DNA from: a virus
Lineage: Duplodnaviria > Caudoviricetes
DNA length: 53,778 bases
Virus record (IMG/VR): IMGVR_UViG_3300032373_000013
Span: 1-53,778 of that record
Strand: one strand, 5' to 3'
Part shown: positions 9,391-19,727 of the stretch, one piece after another
Layout: the number at the start of each line of letters is the position of its first letter
How positions within the stretch are numbered: position 1 is the first letter of the stretch
Made by a program: the position numbers and the translations under genes
Notes under the pieces: model-generated
What the model was told of the DNA's origin: nothing
Seen by the model: the letters and a program-made list of their open reading frames with translations, nothing else
The model's database searches: none

Positions 9391-9816
9391 GTGGGTGCGC
9401 TTGAAAAGAACGGCGACGCATCGCGCGCCAATAATGCGACGGCTCGGGCGGTGCGCGGGGGCAACTTCAAACTACCACTCCGCACACGGCTCGACGTCTC
9501 ATCCACCTCTTGTAGCACTCCAGTCCTGGGGGATGGCGACGTCCTCCCTGTGGGTGTCTCGATCTTCGCGCAGGGGCGCGTGGAAGGCACAGATGCGCCC
9601 ATCCTGACCACCGTCAGATTGATCGAGCTCGGCACCGAGTCGCAGGGGACTAAGTTCCGACTGAAGGTCCTCAACTCCGATCTTGAACGTTGTTTCGACG
9701 AGGGTGCGCATCGCGCCTTCACGATCTTCCTCAGCATCACGGATCTATCCGGTGGACGAGAGCCGTACGGGCGCATCCGTGTAACCGTGGACGACTCGGC
9801 GGCGGGGGCCGCATAA
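9391..9816 (+). CDS. Hypothetical virion-module protein
   Basis: Fills the gap between long co-oriented ORFs. Confidence 0.6.
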   Translation: MGALEKNGDASRANNATARAVRGGNFKLPLRTRLDVSSTSCSTPVLGDGDVLPVGVSIFAQGRVEGTDAPILTTVRLIELGTESQGTKFRLKVLNSDLERCFDEGAHRAFTIFLSITDLSGGREPYGRIRVTVDDSAAGAA

Positions 9817-9817
9817 C

Positions 9818-12800
9818 GTGGTCGATCGGGCGTTCATCGTTGAGGGTGTCACGCGCCGCGCCTTTGTGTACGAGGAGGAAGACTTCGTGCCCGATGACCC
9901 GTCGGGTGGGCCCGGTGATGTCCAACCGTTACTAGTAGGTGCATCCCCTCCGCTTGACATCTACTGCCGCTGGGTCTCACTCAGTGCTGGCACGAACGAG
10001 GGTAACTCGGCACTACTGATTGCCGAACTCTCGCGCCCGCTGGGGATCCCCTCACGCCTTCCGATCACGATCGGACCGGGGACGACAGCGTTAGAGGATG
10101 ACTACGACGTCGATCCACTACTGATCGAGTTCGCACCGGGGGATACGACCGCACGGGTCGTTGTAGACACGACGCCCGCCGCCGCTCAGGGAGGAACGAC
10201 GACGGTCGAGCTGATCCTAGATCCGACGGGCGAGATCCTGATCGACCCTTCAGATGGACCTGTCGTCCTAGAGACGCGCCCGGATCTCCTTACAGACACG
10301 GCGACAGTTCTCATCACGGACGACCAGACAGGCGGAACGCCGGTCTACCGCCTCTCTGTTGATGGCTCCCCCGTCACGCTGCACGAAGGGGCGGGCTCAT
10401 TCGGCGTCGATATCGTCCTCGACCAGAACGCGCCAGAGGACATCACGTTCTCGGTCGTGGGTTCGTCCATCGGTGGCGATTCGCTAGCCGTGAACGGTAC
10501 GGACTACGACTTCAACAATGGAGAGTTCGAGCCGACTGTGATCATTGGCGAAGGTGAATCGCGGGCATCGTTCACCGTCAACCCGATCGACAACAACATT
10601 CCGCGCCCTACAGACGCGGAGTTCACGGTCACGCTCGAGCTACTGAGCGGTGATGCGACCGCAGGATCTCCCACATCGTTCGATGTCACGATCATCGACA
10701 ACGATGCGGACGCAGGCGCTCCGATCCTCTCATTCGACTTCAACGAAGAGCAGATCACCGAGGGAAACACTCGCGAGTTCCGCGCGAGCATCGTGAACAG
10801 CGTCGGGGAGCCAGCGACGTTCGGCGTGGCAACCGACATCCCCATAACACGCGTCTTTTCCGACCCGGACGGCAACGACTTCACGGATTCGCTCAACGCA
10901 AATCCCGAGCTACAGTTCGGTCCGGACAAGTCGTCTGTGACGTTCACGGTGACCTCGGAGATTGATGCGGAGACGGACCCTGGCGATACGGTCACGTACA
11001 CGATCCCGGTAGACACGGGGGATACGTATCGAACGCCCGGCAACGCGCCCAACACCCTCACCATCAGCGCGCGTGAGCGCGTCACGGAGATCAACCTCCG
11101 GGCGACACCAGGGATCGGTGGAACGCGCATCGTCGGGGGGCTGGTCAATATCCCGAATCAGCTTGGGGGCACATTGCCCGCGTACAAGCTCAATGGGCAG
11201 TCGATGCAGGTTGTGTCCCTGGAGAAGAGTGGGCACCCGCAGTTTGACTCCGAGCTCTTCTACAGCGCATACGCGTACGGAGTATTCACAGAGGACGGCT
11301 CGACACCGTACACGTCGAACGCGACGACGATCGAGCTGGACGAGAATGCGACCGGCGTGAGCCCAACGATCGCCGGGGACTTCACGTCCTACCCAACGGT
11401 GCGATTCGAGGCCGCCTATGCGAACTCGGGCGCCACCTTCCGATGCGCTACGGATGGGGACAGCACACAGATCACGCGTGAGGATTGGACGGGCTCATCG
11501 AGCGCGCGTTTCGCACAGGCTGGACCGGAGCTGTTCGAGCAGATATCGCGCCTTCTTCGGCTGATCGACACCGGAGCGGGACCTAGCGCTAGCCCCACGA
11601 ATACAACCTCTGCCAGCGGTGAAGCGTGCGGAGTGATCGATGTGTCGGTCACTCGCTTCGCCGGAGATGCGGATGTGTTCATCGTAGAGGGGCGCTGGCT
11701 CAACGGTGCGATGCGGTTCGAGGACGACCCGTATGCAGAGTCTGAGTGGACGGATGGCGAGGTCAACATGATCGAGCTGACCGTCTCCGCATCCCAGTTC
11801 ACCGTGGTGCTTCCGTGGACGCACCCGGATGAAGGTGACGTTGACGGTTCGACCTTCTCTCTCCTCAATGATCGCGGAGAGGACTACCAGTTCCGTCCTG
11901 GCGATCGAACGGGGTTCCGCTTCGCGCTCGTCCGCGATACCGCCCCCGCGGAGGCAACTGCCCGCGCGGAGATGTATCTGCGCTATCAGAACTGTTTCTT
12001 CGCTATCGGCCCGGATGGTTCAACGCGGAACCCGATTCAGGGACCGGAAGGTCAGTACACGCTCGACTATCGCGACCTGACCAATCAAGGGAGCGGTGGC
12101 CCCCTTACGGGCTACGAGCTCGTGAACTTGATTGGCGATCAGAGCCTCGCGGACATGGAGGGGCGCTGGACGTCCGGTTCACCGGGTATCGACAACCTAC
12201 GCGAGCCGCGTCAGGGCTGGTGGTATCCAGCGGGTAGTCGTGACGGAAGGCAGGGCGGCACGAGTGGGCTATGGCCCGCCTCTGGGATTCTCCCGACTTC
12301 GAGTTTCCTTCAGCGCGCGTGGTTCGTCCATGAGCGGATGGGGCAGGTGCAGTACACGGCACTTCGCGACCTGTCTACGGGCGAGCCTGGCTGGTGGTGG
12401 GACACGGCTCAGGACTTCGGTTCTGGCTTCCGGGTTCCGCAACAGTCGCACGCTGGGTACTTCCGCGATGGCCTCATGCGCCCGTACTGGTGCAACCCGC
12501 CGTACATCACGGACTCGCAGCTCTCGAATCCTCCGAACGATGGGCGGAGTCGCAGGAACGCACCGACCTCGCGACCCTGGAACAACCCGGATGTGGAGGA
12601 CACGTCACGCGCCGAGAGGCTCGACTATCAGAACAAGTACGCGTCGCACGTGAGCTTCGTTCGCGGCGGCTGGAACGAGCTCTGGTGGGGAGCGCGCTCG
12701 TACAACGCCTACCGCGACTGGGAGGAGGTCGCGGCGAGCTTGACGCGAATCTATCCGGCCGCGCTCTGCGAGGACGACTTCGACAAGACCGCACGCCAGC

Positions 12801-13834
12801 GGTTCAACTTGGAGTTCATCTGGTCCAACATGGGCGCGGAGTCGTACCAGACCGGCGAGATATGGAACACGTCGTCTAACAACGGAAGCAACGGACGCAC
12901 GGAGTTGAGTGGGCCGCGCACGATCGTCTGGCCGATGGCGATCATCGCCGGTTTCTACGGCATCGCTTCACGAGAGACGCGTCTGGGGCTGCGAGGCTTC
13001 GGCCCTGCAACGGGGAAGGGCGGCGATGCAACAGAGGGCGATCAACTCGGGTACATGTGGGACCTGGTCGAGTGGTACACATCGCCCGCGGGGATCGTCG
13101 GAAGGAACACTGGGCCGAACTATGTGCCTAATCCTTTCAGTGAGAGCGACTTCGGCCCCACGGGCGATCTAGCAACCCGATTCGGCGCGTTCCCTGATCC
13201 GAACTCCGCGAGCCCCGCGACTCCAGTGACGGGAGTCGGTCTTGAGTTTCAGATGACCTACGCGGTGAACGCAGTTCGCACGATGATGCGAAAGGTGTTC
13301 AACCCGATTGACCCGCGTCAATCCACGATCGATCGGCTGTGGCGTTACCCGACGAACTACGCGGAGGGTGCGCGCGTCCATACGAGCGATCCGAGATTCA
13401 CGGTCCCGTACACACCAGCTCTGGGCTTCGGCCAGACGCCGCGTGGCGACTTCACGATACCGCAGCCTGCGGACGTTGCCACAGAGGCGGAGATGCGTGC
13501 CGGAGACGTCTATTGGGGCCAAGAGTACCTGGTGAGCTACCCGGACGTTTCGTTCGGATTCTTCCTGCACGGCGTAGAGCGCGGTTGGTGGGACGCGTGG
13601 GCGGCGGAGGCATTGAACGACGACAGCCTCGCCGAGAACTTTTTCTCGACGTGGAGTGTTGATGACCTCGACGACGCTGGCCGCTTCAACCACTTCTTTC
13701 GGGCCACGAGTCCTATCTCGCTCAACTCCGTGGAGGAGCTCCTGACGGGAAACACGTCGAGGATCGTCCTCTACAACAAGTACCAGTTCGTCTACCCGGC
13801 GCTCTGCCGACTGCAACGGAGACTTGACCCGTGA
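9818..13834 (+). CDS. Large Calx-beta/Ig-like repeat virion protein (1338 aa)
   Basis: About three repeats with IEFAPGDTTARVVV, ATVLITDD and IGEGESRASFTVNPIDN...EFTVTL...VTIIDND motifs. Confidence 0.75.
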   Translation: MVDRAFIVEGVTRRAFVYEEEDFVPDDPSGGPGDVQPLLVGASPPLDIYCRWVSLSAGTNEGNSALLIAELSRPLGIPSRLPITIGPGTTALEDDYDVDPLLIEFAPGDTTARVVVDTTPAAAQGGTTTVELILDPTGEILIDPSDGPVVLETRPDLLTDTATVLITDDQTGGTPVYRLSVDGSPVTLHEGAGSFGVDIVLDQNAPEDITFSVVGSSIGGDSLAVNGTDYDFNNGEFEPTVIIGEGESRASFTVNPIDNNIPRPTDAEFTVTLELLSGDATAGSPTSFDVTIIDNDADAGAPILSFDFNEEQITEGNTREFRASIVNSVGEPATFGVATDIPITRVFSDPDGNDFTDSLNANPELQFGPDKSSVTFTVTSEIDAETDPGDTVTYTIPVDTGDTYRTPGNAPNTLTISARERVTEINLRATPGIGGTRIVGGLVNIPNQLGGTLPAYKLNGQSMQVVSLEKSGHPQFDSELFYSAYAYGVFTEDGSTPYTSNATTIELDENATGVSPTIAGDFTSYPTVRFEAAYANSGATFRCATDGDSTQITREDWTGSSSARFAQAGPELFEQISRLLRLIDTGAGPSASPTNTTSASGEACGVIDVSVTRFAGDADVFIVEGRWLNGAMRFEDDPYAESEWTDGEVNMIELTVSASQFTVVLPWTHPDEGDVDGSTFSLLNDRGEDYQFRPGDRTGFRFALVRDTAPAEATARAEMYLRYQNCFFAIGPDGSTRNPIQGPEGQYTLDYRDLTNQGSGGPLTGYELVNLIGDQSLADMEGRWTSGSPGIDNLREPRQGWWYPAGSRDGRQGGTSGLWPASGILPTSSFLQRAWFVHERMGQVQYTALRDLSTGEPGWWWDTAQDFGSGFRVPQQSHAGYFRDGLMRPYWCNPPYITDSQLSNPPNDGRSRRNAPTSRPWNNPDVEDTSRAERLDYQNKYASHVSFVRGGWNELWWGARSYNAYRDWEEVAASLTRIYPAALCEDDFDKTARQRFNLEFIWSNMGAESYQTGEIWNTSSNNGSNGRTELSGPRTIVWPMAIIAGFYGIASRETRLGLRGFGPATGKGGDATEGDQLGYMWDLVEWYTSPAGIVGRNTGPNYVPNPFSESDFGPTGDLATRFGAFPDPNSASPATPVTGVGLEFQMTYAVNAVRTMMRKVFNPIDPRQSTIDRLWRYPTNYAEGARVHTSDPRFTVPYTPALGFGQTPRGDFTIPQPADVATEAEMRAGDVYWGQEYLVSYPDVSFGFFLHGVERGWWDAWAAEALNDDSLAENFFSTWSVDDLDDAGRFNHFFRATSPISLNSVEELLTGNTSRIVLYNKYQFVYPALCRLQRRLDP

Positions 13835-14730
13835 CGGCCGTACTTACGACAGCGGGCGCCGCGCATCTCGTGGAACTCGCGCAGGGCGACATCCCGACGA
13901 ACGCATTCGACGCTCTCGTGTTCGGCAAGGGCAACGATGCCCCGGCGATCACCGACACGCTCGAGCAGATCACGGAGCGTACGCAGATCGTCGCACGCCT
14001 CGCGACCGGCTTCCCCAAGCAGGGAGACGATGACGACCGCAACAGTGGTGCGGGCGCGTCCGTGTGGACATGGCGCTTCGAGCTTGAAGCGGGCACACCG
14101 TTCGTTGCGTCGAACTGCGCCATCACGAACTACAGCGGTGGCGCGTTCGTGTCGGATGCGCCCCTTGCCGTGCACGCGAAACAGACCGTCGCGCAACGCC
14201 ATGACGAGCGCCTGATCGTCTGGCTAAACGCGGTAGCGAATGATGAACCGACAGTCTTCACGGCGGTCGAGCAGTCCTTCGAGAACGGCGTGCAGCGTGT
14301 GCATGGCTACGTCGCGCGGAATCGTGCGCTCGCAGGGCATCCGAATGGCGTCTCGCGGAGCACGACGGAGGTATTCACCCGTCCTCAGCCGGGGCAGCGC
14401 GTTTGGTCGTTCGCTGATGTCTCCGGGCCTGATGGCCGCTCGCTACGGCTCGAAGACGTTGAGCGGTTCACGGTGACCCGTGAGCGCCTCAAGGCGAGCG
14501 AGGGTGTGTATGTTCCGGAGAGCATCGAAGACCCCGTCGAGTGCCACGGGCACGTACTAGGCGCGCTCGTGCACTACGACGCGCGCTCGCCGCACATTTC
14601 CTACAACGTCATGCACGGCTACGAGCTTCCGCGTGGAACGTCGGAGGGCACGTACCGACTGACGTACAAGCTCGAGCTGTGCGACGGCGACTTGCGGGGC
14701 TGGACGCATATCGCGGAGGTTGGGCCCTAG
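13831..14730 (+). CDS. Hypothetical structural protein
   Basis: GTGA overlap; N-terminus (LTTAG...LVFGKGN) resembles fibre-collar-type domains. Confidence 0.65.
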   Translation: MTAVLTTAGAAHLVELAQGDIPTNAFDALVFGKGNDAPAITDTLEQITERTQIVARLATGFPKQGDDDDRNSGAGASVWTWRFELEAGTPFVASNCAITNYSGGAFVSDAPLAVHAKQTVAQRHDERLIVWLNAVANDEPTVFTAVEQSFENGVQRVHGYVARNRALAGHPNGVSRSTTEVFTRPQPGQRVWSFADVSGPDGRSLRLEDVERFTVTRERLKASEGVYVPESIEDPVECHGHVLGALVHYDARSPHISYNVMHGYELPRGTSEGTYRLTYKLELCDGDLRGWTHIAEVGP

Positions 14731-16289
14731 TGGTTGCGATTGCCGCAAAAATGCGCGGGGTGGTGCCGTCTCTACAGTTTCAGGGGCAGCTCTATACACG
14801 ACTCATGCGCCCCTTCTTCGAGGAGCGCTTCGACGAGCTAGACGACGAGTATCTAGTCGAAGGGCCGACCGGCACAGGTAAGTCGATCGGGATCGGTGCA
14901 CTGTACCGCTACATGCTGCGGGAGTACCCGGGCTGCAACCTTCTCGTGATGCGTCAGGTAAAGGCTGACCTCTCGGGTTCGTTCATGCAGATGTGGGAAG
15001 AGGAGGTGCTCGAGACGGGGGATGTGTGGGACGAATGGATGCTCCACGGGGGCACAGGCAAGATCCCGGCGCATCAATCAAGGTCGATCTACCGCTACCC
15101 GAACGGTTCGAAGCTCTGGTGCCTGGGGATGAACCAGTGGGCGCGCTTCAAGTCGAAGGCGTTCGACGCCATCTGGCCAATGGAGATGACGGAGTTCATC
15201 GAGGAGCAGATCGAGGGACTCCACACGCGCCTTCGCGCCCGCCGTGGGTCACCGTTCCCGAAGCGGATGATGATCGGGGACGTGAACCCGGAGTATCCGG
15301 ACCATTGGGCGAACCAGCGGGCGATTCGGGGCATCTCGACGCGAATCGAAACGACCCTGAAGGACAACCCCGGGTACTACGACCTAGAAAGGCGTGAGTT
15401 CCGCGAGGAGGGTTCCGACTACCTGTCTCGCCTAGAGCGCACGATGCGCGACCCCGTGCGTCGATCGAAATACATCGACGGGGTTTGGACGGCGAACGCG
15501 GGCCAAATTCTCCCATTCGATAGCACTCGGCAGACGTTCGACGGGAAGGTCGAGGCTGTACCGGGAAAGGGCTACCGCATCGTTATCGAAGGCCCGCGTC
15601 ATCCTGTGCTCGGTAGCGAGGTGTGGCTGCGAGGATTCGGCGCGTCGTTCGATTGGGGCTCCGCTCACGCGGGCACGCTTCAGGTGTGGGGGCTCGATGA
15701 GGAGGGGCGGCAGTACCTCATTGAGGAGGTCTACCACTCACGCAAACCGCACTCGTGGTGGGCTGATTGGGCCGTGCAGTTCTGGGAGAAGTACGACCTT
15801 CAGTTCATCGTCTGCGATGGTGCCGGTAACGGCGCACATGACGTGTTCAACGAGCGACTGGAGCAGAAGGCGGGCCCAAAGGCACGGATTGCCCGGCTCT
15901 GCCGCAAGCGCCAAGGTTCGCGTCAGCGCACGAACATCGAGATCCTCCAGGACCTCTACCACGATCAGCCCGACGGAAAGCCGGGCATCTTCATTCGCCG
16001 CGAATCCCTCGCGCACGAGCCGGACTACGAACTCTCAGGCAAGCCGAAGAAGCTCGTCGAGGAGATTCCGCAGTTCGTCTACGCGACGGTGCGGGATACG
16101 GGCGACCGACGCGGACGAGCGGTGGACCGCGCCGAGCAAGGCGTTGCGGACGATGGTCTCGACGCTTGCACCTACTTCCGCGTGCACGTAATCGGGGGCC
16201 GCGGCGTGACGAAGCAGGTCCCTGATGCGCGGAAGACGAAAAACATCCACGAGTTGATGCGCGAGCACTACTGGAAGGACGTGGGATGA
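14730..16289 (+). CDS. terL: Terminase large subunit
   Basis: Walker A EGPTGTGKS, Walker B variant AIWPMEMTE, GDVNP coupling motif, nuclease SFDWG and DDGLDA; start GTG 14730 or ATG 14751. Confidence 0.92.
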   Translation: MVAIAAKMRGVVPSLQFQGQLYTRLMRPFFEERFDELDDEYLVEGPTGTGKSIGIGALYRYMLREYPGCNLLVMRQVKADLSGSFMQMWEEEVLETGDVWDEWMLHGGTGKIPAHQSRSIYRYPNGSKLWCLGMNQWARFKSKAFDAIWPMEMTEFIEEQIEGLHTRLRARRGSPFPKRMMIGDVNPEYPDHWANQRAIRGISTRIETTLKDNPGYYDLERREFREEGSDYLSRLERTMRDPVRRSKYIDGVWTANAGQILPFDSTRQTFDGKVEAVPGKGYRIVIEGPRHPVLGSEVWLRGFGASFDWGSAHAGTLQVWGLDEEGRQYLIEEVYHSRKPHSWWADWAVQFWEKYDLQFIVCDGAGNGAHDVFNERLEQKAGPKARIARLCRKRQGSRQRTNIEILQDLYHDQPDGKPGIFIRRESLAHEPDYELSGKPKKLVEEIPQFVYATVRDTGDRRGRAVDRAEQGVADDGLDACTYFRVHVIGGRGVTKQVPDARKTKNIHELMREHYWKDVG

Positions 16290-18250
16290 ACTCATTGATT
16301 TGTAGCGCGGAGAACCTCTGCGACGTCGTCCGTACCTCCGAGGCGGAGCACAAGAAGCGACGCGACGCGATCAAGTCGCGCCAAGACATCGCGATGGGCG
16401 CGATGGCGGAGGAGATGGACCGTGCACCGTCGCCGGAGAACCTGGCATTCGGCGTCTTCTCCATCTTCGTCCCGTCGATGGTGACGTCGTCGCCCGCTGG
16501 GCACTTTGCTTCCAGCGGCGGCTACAAGGAAAGTGTGGCCGCGGCCGGACTGGCAAACGGCACTACGCAAATGGCGCGCGCGCAGAAGATGCACCGTTCG
16601 CTCGAGCCGTGTGCGTGGGACTTCTTCTTTCAGCCGTACTGCGCGGGCATTGTCGAAACGGGTAGCGCCAACATGAGCGACCTCACCGCTGAAGAGCGGA
16701 AGGTTGCGATGGCACGGCTGCATCCAGGTGTAGAGCGTGATGTCGGCGGAGAGGTGGACGACGAGCCGGGCCCGCGTGGTCACGCTACGCCGTCACCACA
16801 GCTTCCCCCGCAGTGGGCGCGGTTCAAGCACCTGAAACCGAACGAGGCAGGCTGGGACACGCGCATGGGCTCGCGTGACCGCGCACGTTTCACGTATCAC
16901 GTGATGACCGAGGACCGCGCGACATTACAGCAGCGGGCCGAGGAGAACCCGGACGACTGGATCCCGGACGCGTGTGCGATCTGCTCGACCGTGGATAGCT
17001 GGCCGGGACTGAAGGAGCAGTTCGCGGGCGAGGAGAACACGTACTGCCGCTACTACGTCGTGTACGTCCCGGACGGCCGCATTCCGGGGCAGGACCCTAA
17101 GCCGAATCAGCCGGGAGTGATCTACACGATCGGTGGAGAGACACTCGGTCAGGGGGATGGGTCGAAGCTCTCTGGGCTCGAGATTCGCAAGCCGTACTAC
17201 TTCACCGGGCATCCGGATGGTTTGCACATCTTCGAGGGCAACTACACGACGGGTGCGGACTCTCACTTCCTGTCGCTGTTAGCAGCGAACGAGGATTCGC
17301 TGGCGAGGATGGAGGCGGTATCGGCGTCACTGCACGACCGCATCGACGACCACAAGACCGTGTACGCGTACGACTCAACGTCGCAGGAGGCGGCGGAGAC
17401 ACTCGCGAAGGCCCCGAATGGTGCATGGGTATCGGTCCCTGGCCTCCAGGACGGCAGCGGGGCGATTCAGTCGATCGAGAACTCCGCGCCGACACCCGTC
17501 GAGTTCACGACGTACGACCGCGTTCGCTATAACGCGGGGCTGGCGCTAGGGATCGATTCGTCGGGCTTAGGCGTCGCCGACCCGAACGCTACAGCGACAG
17601 CGGTGGGGGTTGCGGCGAACGCGACTCGCACGAAGGTTGAGTACCTACTCGGCCGATGGAACCGATTCGTTGCAGAGGCGTTCGAGCGGATGGCATTCGA
17701 GGCGGGTCACAACTCGTCCATCGTCGTGCGTCTCGATGAGGGTGCTCGAGCCTCGGTCTTGCGGGCGCAACTGAAGCCCTTGATGCAGAGCGGCGCTCTG
17801 CGCGCTGACGACGTCGAGGCGATCGTCGAAGACCAGAAGATGCGGCCGATGCTCTTCTCCGGCGGCGACTTCGCCCCCGACGGCCAGGGCCTCGACTGGC
17901 ATAGCTTGCAACTCACGGTCGTGCCGCACTCCACGGATGGAGCCTTCGGCGACGCACAGGTCGCACGCCAGATGCAGTGGAACCAGGCGCTTGCGTTCTT
18001 CGGTGACGTGATGGTCCGCCAGCCGCATGTCCGATGGGTGGACCGCATCCGCGAGACCGGGCGATCCATGGGGATGACAGACGCGGACATGGCTGTTGAT
18101 ATCGACAAGGCCATGGAAGTGGCGCAGATCCAACTCGCTCAGGGCTCACCGCAGGCCACTACGAGCTCGACGGCGAATCAGTACGAGGACTCCGGACCGG
18201 CGCTTGCGACTGGCGGAGGCGGGCAGGCCCCAGTGGGGATGGAAGCATGA
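16286..18250 (+). CDS. Portal protein
   Basis: 654 aa directly after terL; ATATAV motif; helical with a Q/P-rich tail. Confidence 0.8.
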   Translation: MNSLICSAENLCDVVRTSEAEHKKRRDAIKSRQDIAMGAMAEEMDRAPSPENLAFGVFSIFVPSMVTSSPAGHFASSGGYKESVAAAGLANGTTQMARAQKMHRSLEPCAWDFFFQPYCAGIVETGSANMSDLTAEERKVAMARLHPGVERDVGGEVDDEPGPRGHATPSPQLPPQWARFKHLKPNEAGWDTRMGSRDRARFTYHVMTEDRATLQQRAEENPDDWIPDACAICSTVDSWPGLKEQFAGEENTYCRYYVVYVPDGRIPGQDPKPNQPGVIYTIGGETLGQGDGSKLSGLEIRKPYYFTGHPDGLHIFEGNYTTGADSHFLSLLAANEDSLARMEAVSASLHDRIDDHKTVYAYDSTSQEAAETLAKAPNGAWVSVPGLQDGSGAIQSIENSAPTPVEFTTYDRVRYNAGLALGIDSSGLGVADPNATATAVGVAANATRTKVEYLLGRWNRFVAEAFERMAFEAGHNSSIVVRLDEGARASVLRAQLKPLMQSGALRADDVEAIVEDQKMRPMLFSGGDFAPDGQGLDWHSLQLTVVPHSTDGAFGDAQVARQMQWNQALAFFGDVMVRQPHVRWVDRIRETGRSMGMTDADMAVDIDKAMEVAQIQLAQGSPQATTSSTANQYEDSGPALATGGGGQAPVGMEA

Positions 18251-18600
18251 GACTCACGACGATCATCGCCCGTGACGAGCAGGGCGATACAACCGAGGTC
18301 CTGTACGAGGGCGCGGAAATTCCGCCGTTCGGAGCGGACTTCGAGCAAGACGGCGTGCGCTACACGCGCGTCGTGAGCGCGCCATCGGTGCGCGTGAAGA
18401 CTTACGACCAGATCATCGGCTACACGCTCCCTCGCAGGGAGCAAGCGATGAAGAGCGGGCAAACGCTCGCGAAACACTACGACGCGCGGGGACGCGCCGT
18501 GTTCACCGGCCGCAGACAGATCGACGAGTACCTGTCTGCGAGCAACGATAACCCGAACAACAAGTACAAGCGTGCCTGGGACCCTGATGGAAACGAGTGA
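18247..18600 (+). CDS. Hypothetical head-module protein
   Basis: ATGA overlap; lies between portal and scaffold. Confidence 0.65.
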   Translation: MRLTTIIARDEQGDTTEVLYEGAEIPPFGADFEQDGVRYTRVVSAPSVRVKTYDQIIGYTLPRREQAMKSGQTLAKHYDARGRAVFTGRRQIDEYLSASNDNPNNKYKRAWDPDGNE

Positions 18601-19684
18601 CGAGACGAACGGCGATCCGATGCGGGCAGTCTTCGACGATGTAATGGCGTCGGAGAGGGCCGCCGCGCCGGAAGAGCCGCAAACGGCTTTCGGTGAGACG
18701 CTGAAGGACGCGGGCGTCGATGTGACGGTTTCGCCTAAGCCGGAGCCCGTGCTCGAGCAAGGCGCGCCACAGAGCGAACAGGCGCCCGAAGTCGCTCCGG
18801 AGGCAGCCCCGGCCGCCCCTGAGGCGACGCAGCAAGTCGAGGATCCCTTCACTGAAGACGGCTTCGACGCTCTGACGCGCAATGAAGCACCGGGAGAATT
18901 CCGTACCGCGGCAATGGCCGAGTCGGAGTCCATCGAGCAACAAGCGAAGGAACTGGGTTTAGCGCCCGGACTCGCGCGAGCTTTGGCAAGGAATACGCCG
19001 CGAAAAGAGGCGCAGGAATTCCTTCAGCAGCAACGTGACCGGCTACAATCTGCCCCGGCGGGTCAGTCCGTCGATCCGGTCTCCGCTCCCACGGGATACG
19101 AGGCTCCGCGATTCGACGCGTCTGAGGTTCTGCGAGCGGTTGAAGCCGAGGCAGGAGAGGCAACCGCGAAAGCTGTGGCTGACCTCTACGCGAGTGTTCA
19201 AGCCGACGCGGCGGAGGCGAAGCGGATTGCGACGGCAACTGCACACGACATCGCAGCGCGGCAGGATCGCGAGCAATGGCGAGCAGCCGCGGACGGGCTC
19301 ACGGGGCGGTTCCCTGGGCTCGTACGGGATGGACGGTTGAACCCCGACCAGAGCCTCATCCAATCGGCGCTCGCGCTGAAGATGCACGGCCCGGACGGTA
19401 TTCGCGGGAACCATGCGGCGTCGCTCGAAGCAGCAGCGCGCATGCAGTTCGGCGAGGCGCCTCCTTCTCGGCAATCGACGACCGCGACCCCAACGCCGCA
19501 GACGCCTACGCCGGGAGCAACGCCCCAGCCGGTCGGTTCGCAGCCGTTGACGGGGAAGGACGCCGTGGAACGCATGCTTAGTATCGAGCGCGAGCACCGC
19601 AACAACCCCGCCGCGCGCGACAAGGCATATGACGCCGAGGTGCGCCTTCAGAAAGCGCACACGGTGGACATCCGCAAGAGGTAG
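18587..19684 (+). CDS. Capsid scaffolding protein
   Basis: Acidic, low-complexity E/P/A-rich and helical; directly before the capsid gene. Confidence 0.7.
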   Translation: METSDETNGDPMRAVFDDVMASERAAAPEEPQTAFGETLKDAGVDVTVSPKPEPVLEQGAPQSEQAPEVAPEAAPAAPEATQQVEDPFTEDGFDALTRNEAPGEFRTAAMAESESIEQQAKELGLAPGLARALARNTPRKEAQEFLQQQRDRLQSAPAGQSVDPVSAPTGYEAPRFDASEVLRAVEAEAGEATAKAVADLYASVQADAAEAKRIATATAHDIAARQDREQWRAAADGLTGRFPGLVRDGRLNPDQSLIQSALALKMHGPDGIRGNHAASLEAAARMQFGEAPPSRQSTTATPTPQTPTPGATPQPVGSQPLTGKDAVERMLSIEREHRNNPAARDKAYDAEVRLQKAHTVDIRKR

Positions 19685-19727
19685 TTCGTCGAGCTGACGG
19701 GTCGCACCACTCAAGGAACGACCCGAA

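Noticed and set aside
15160-15200. Terminase Walker B lacking Asp (WPMEMTE) as a sign of inactivation
   Set aside because: The catalytic Glu and all other motifs are intact; similar variants occur in functional terminases.
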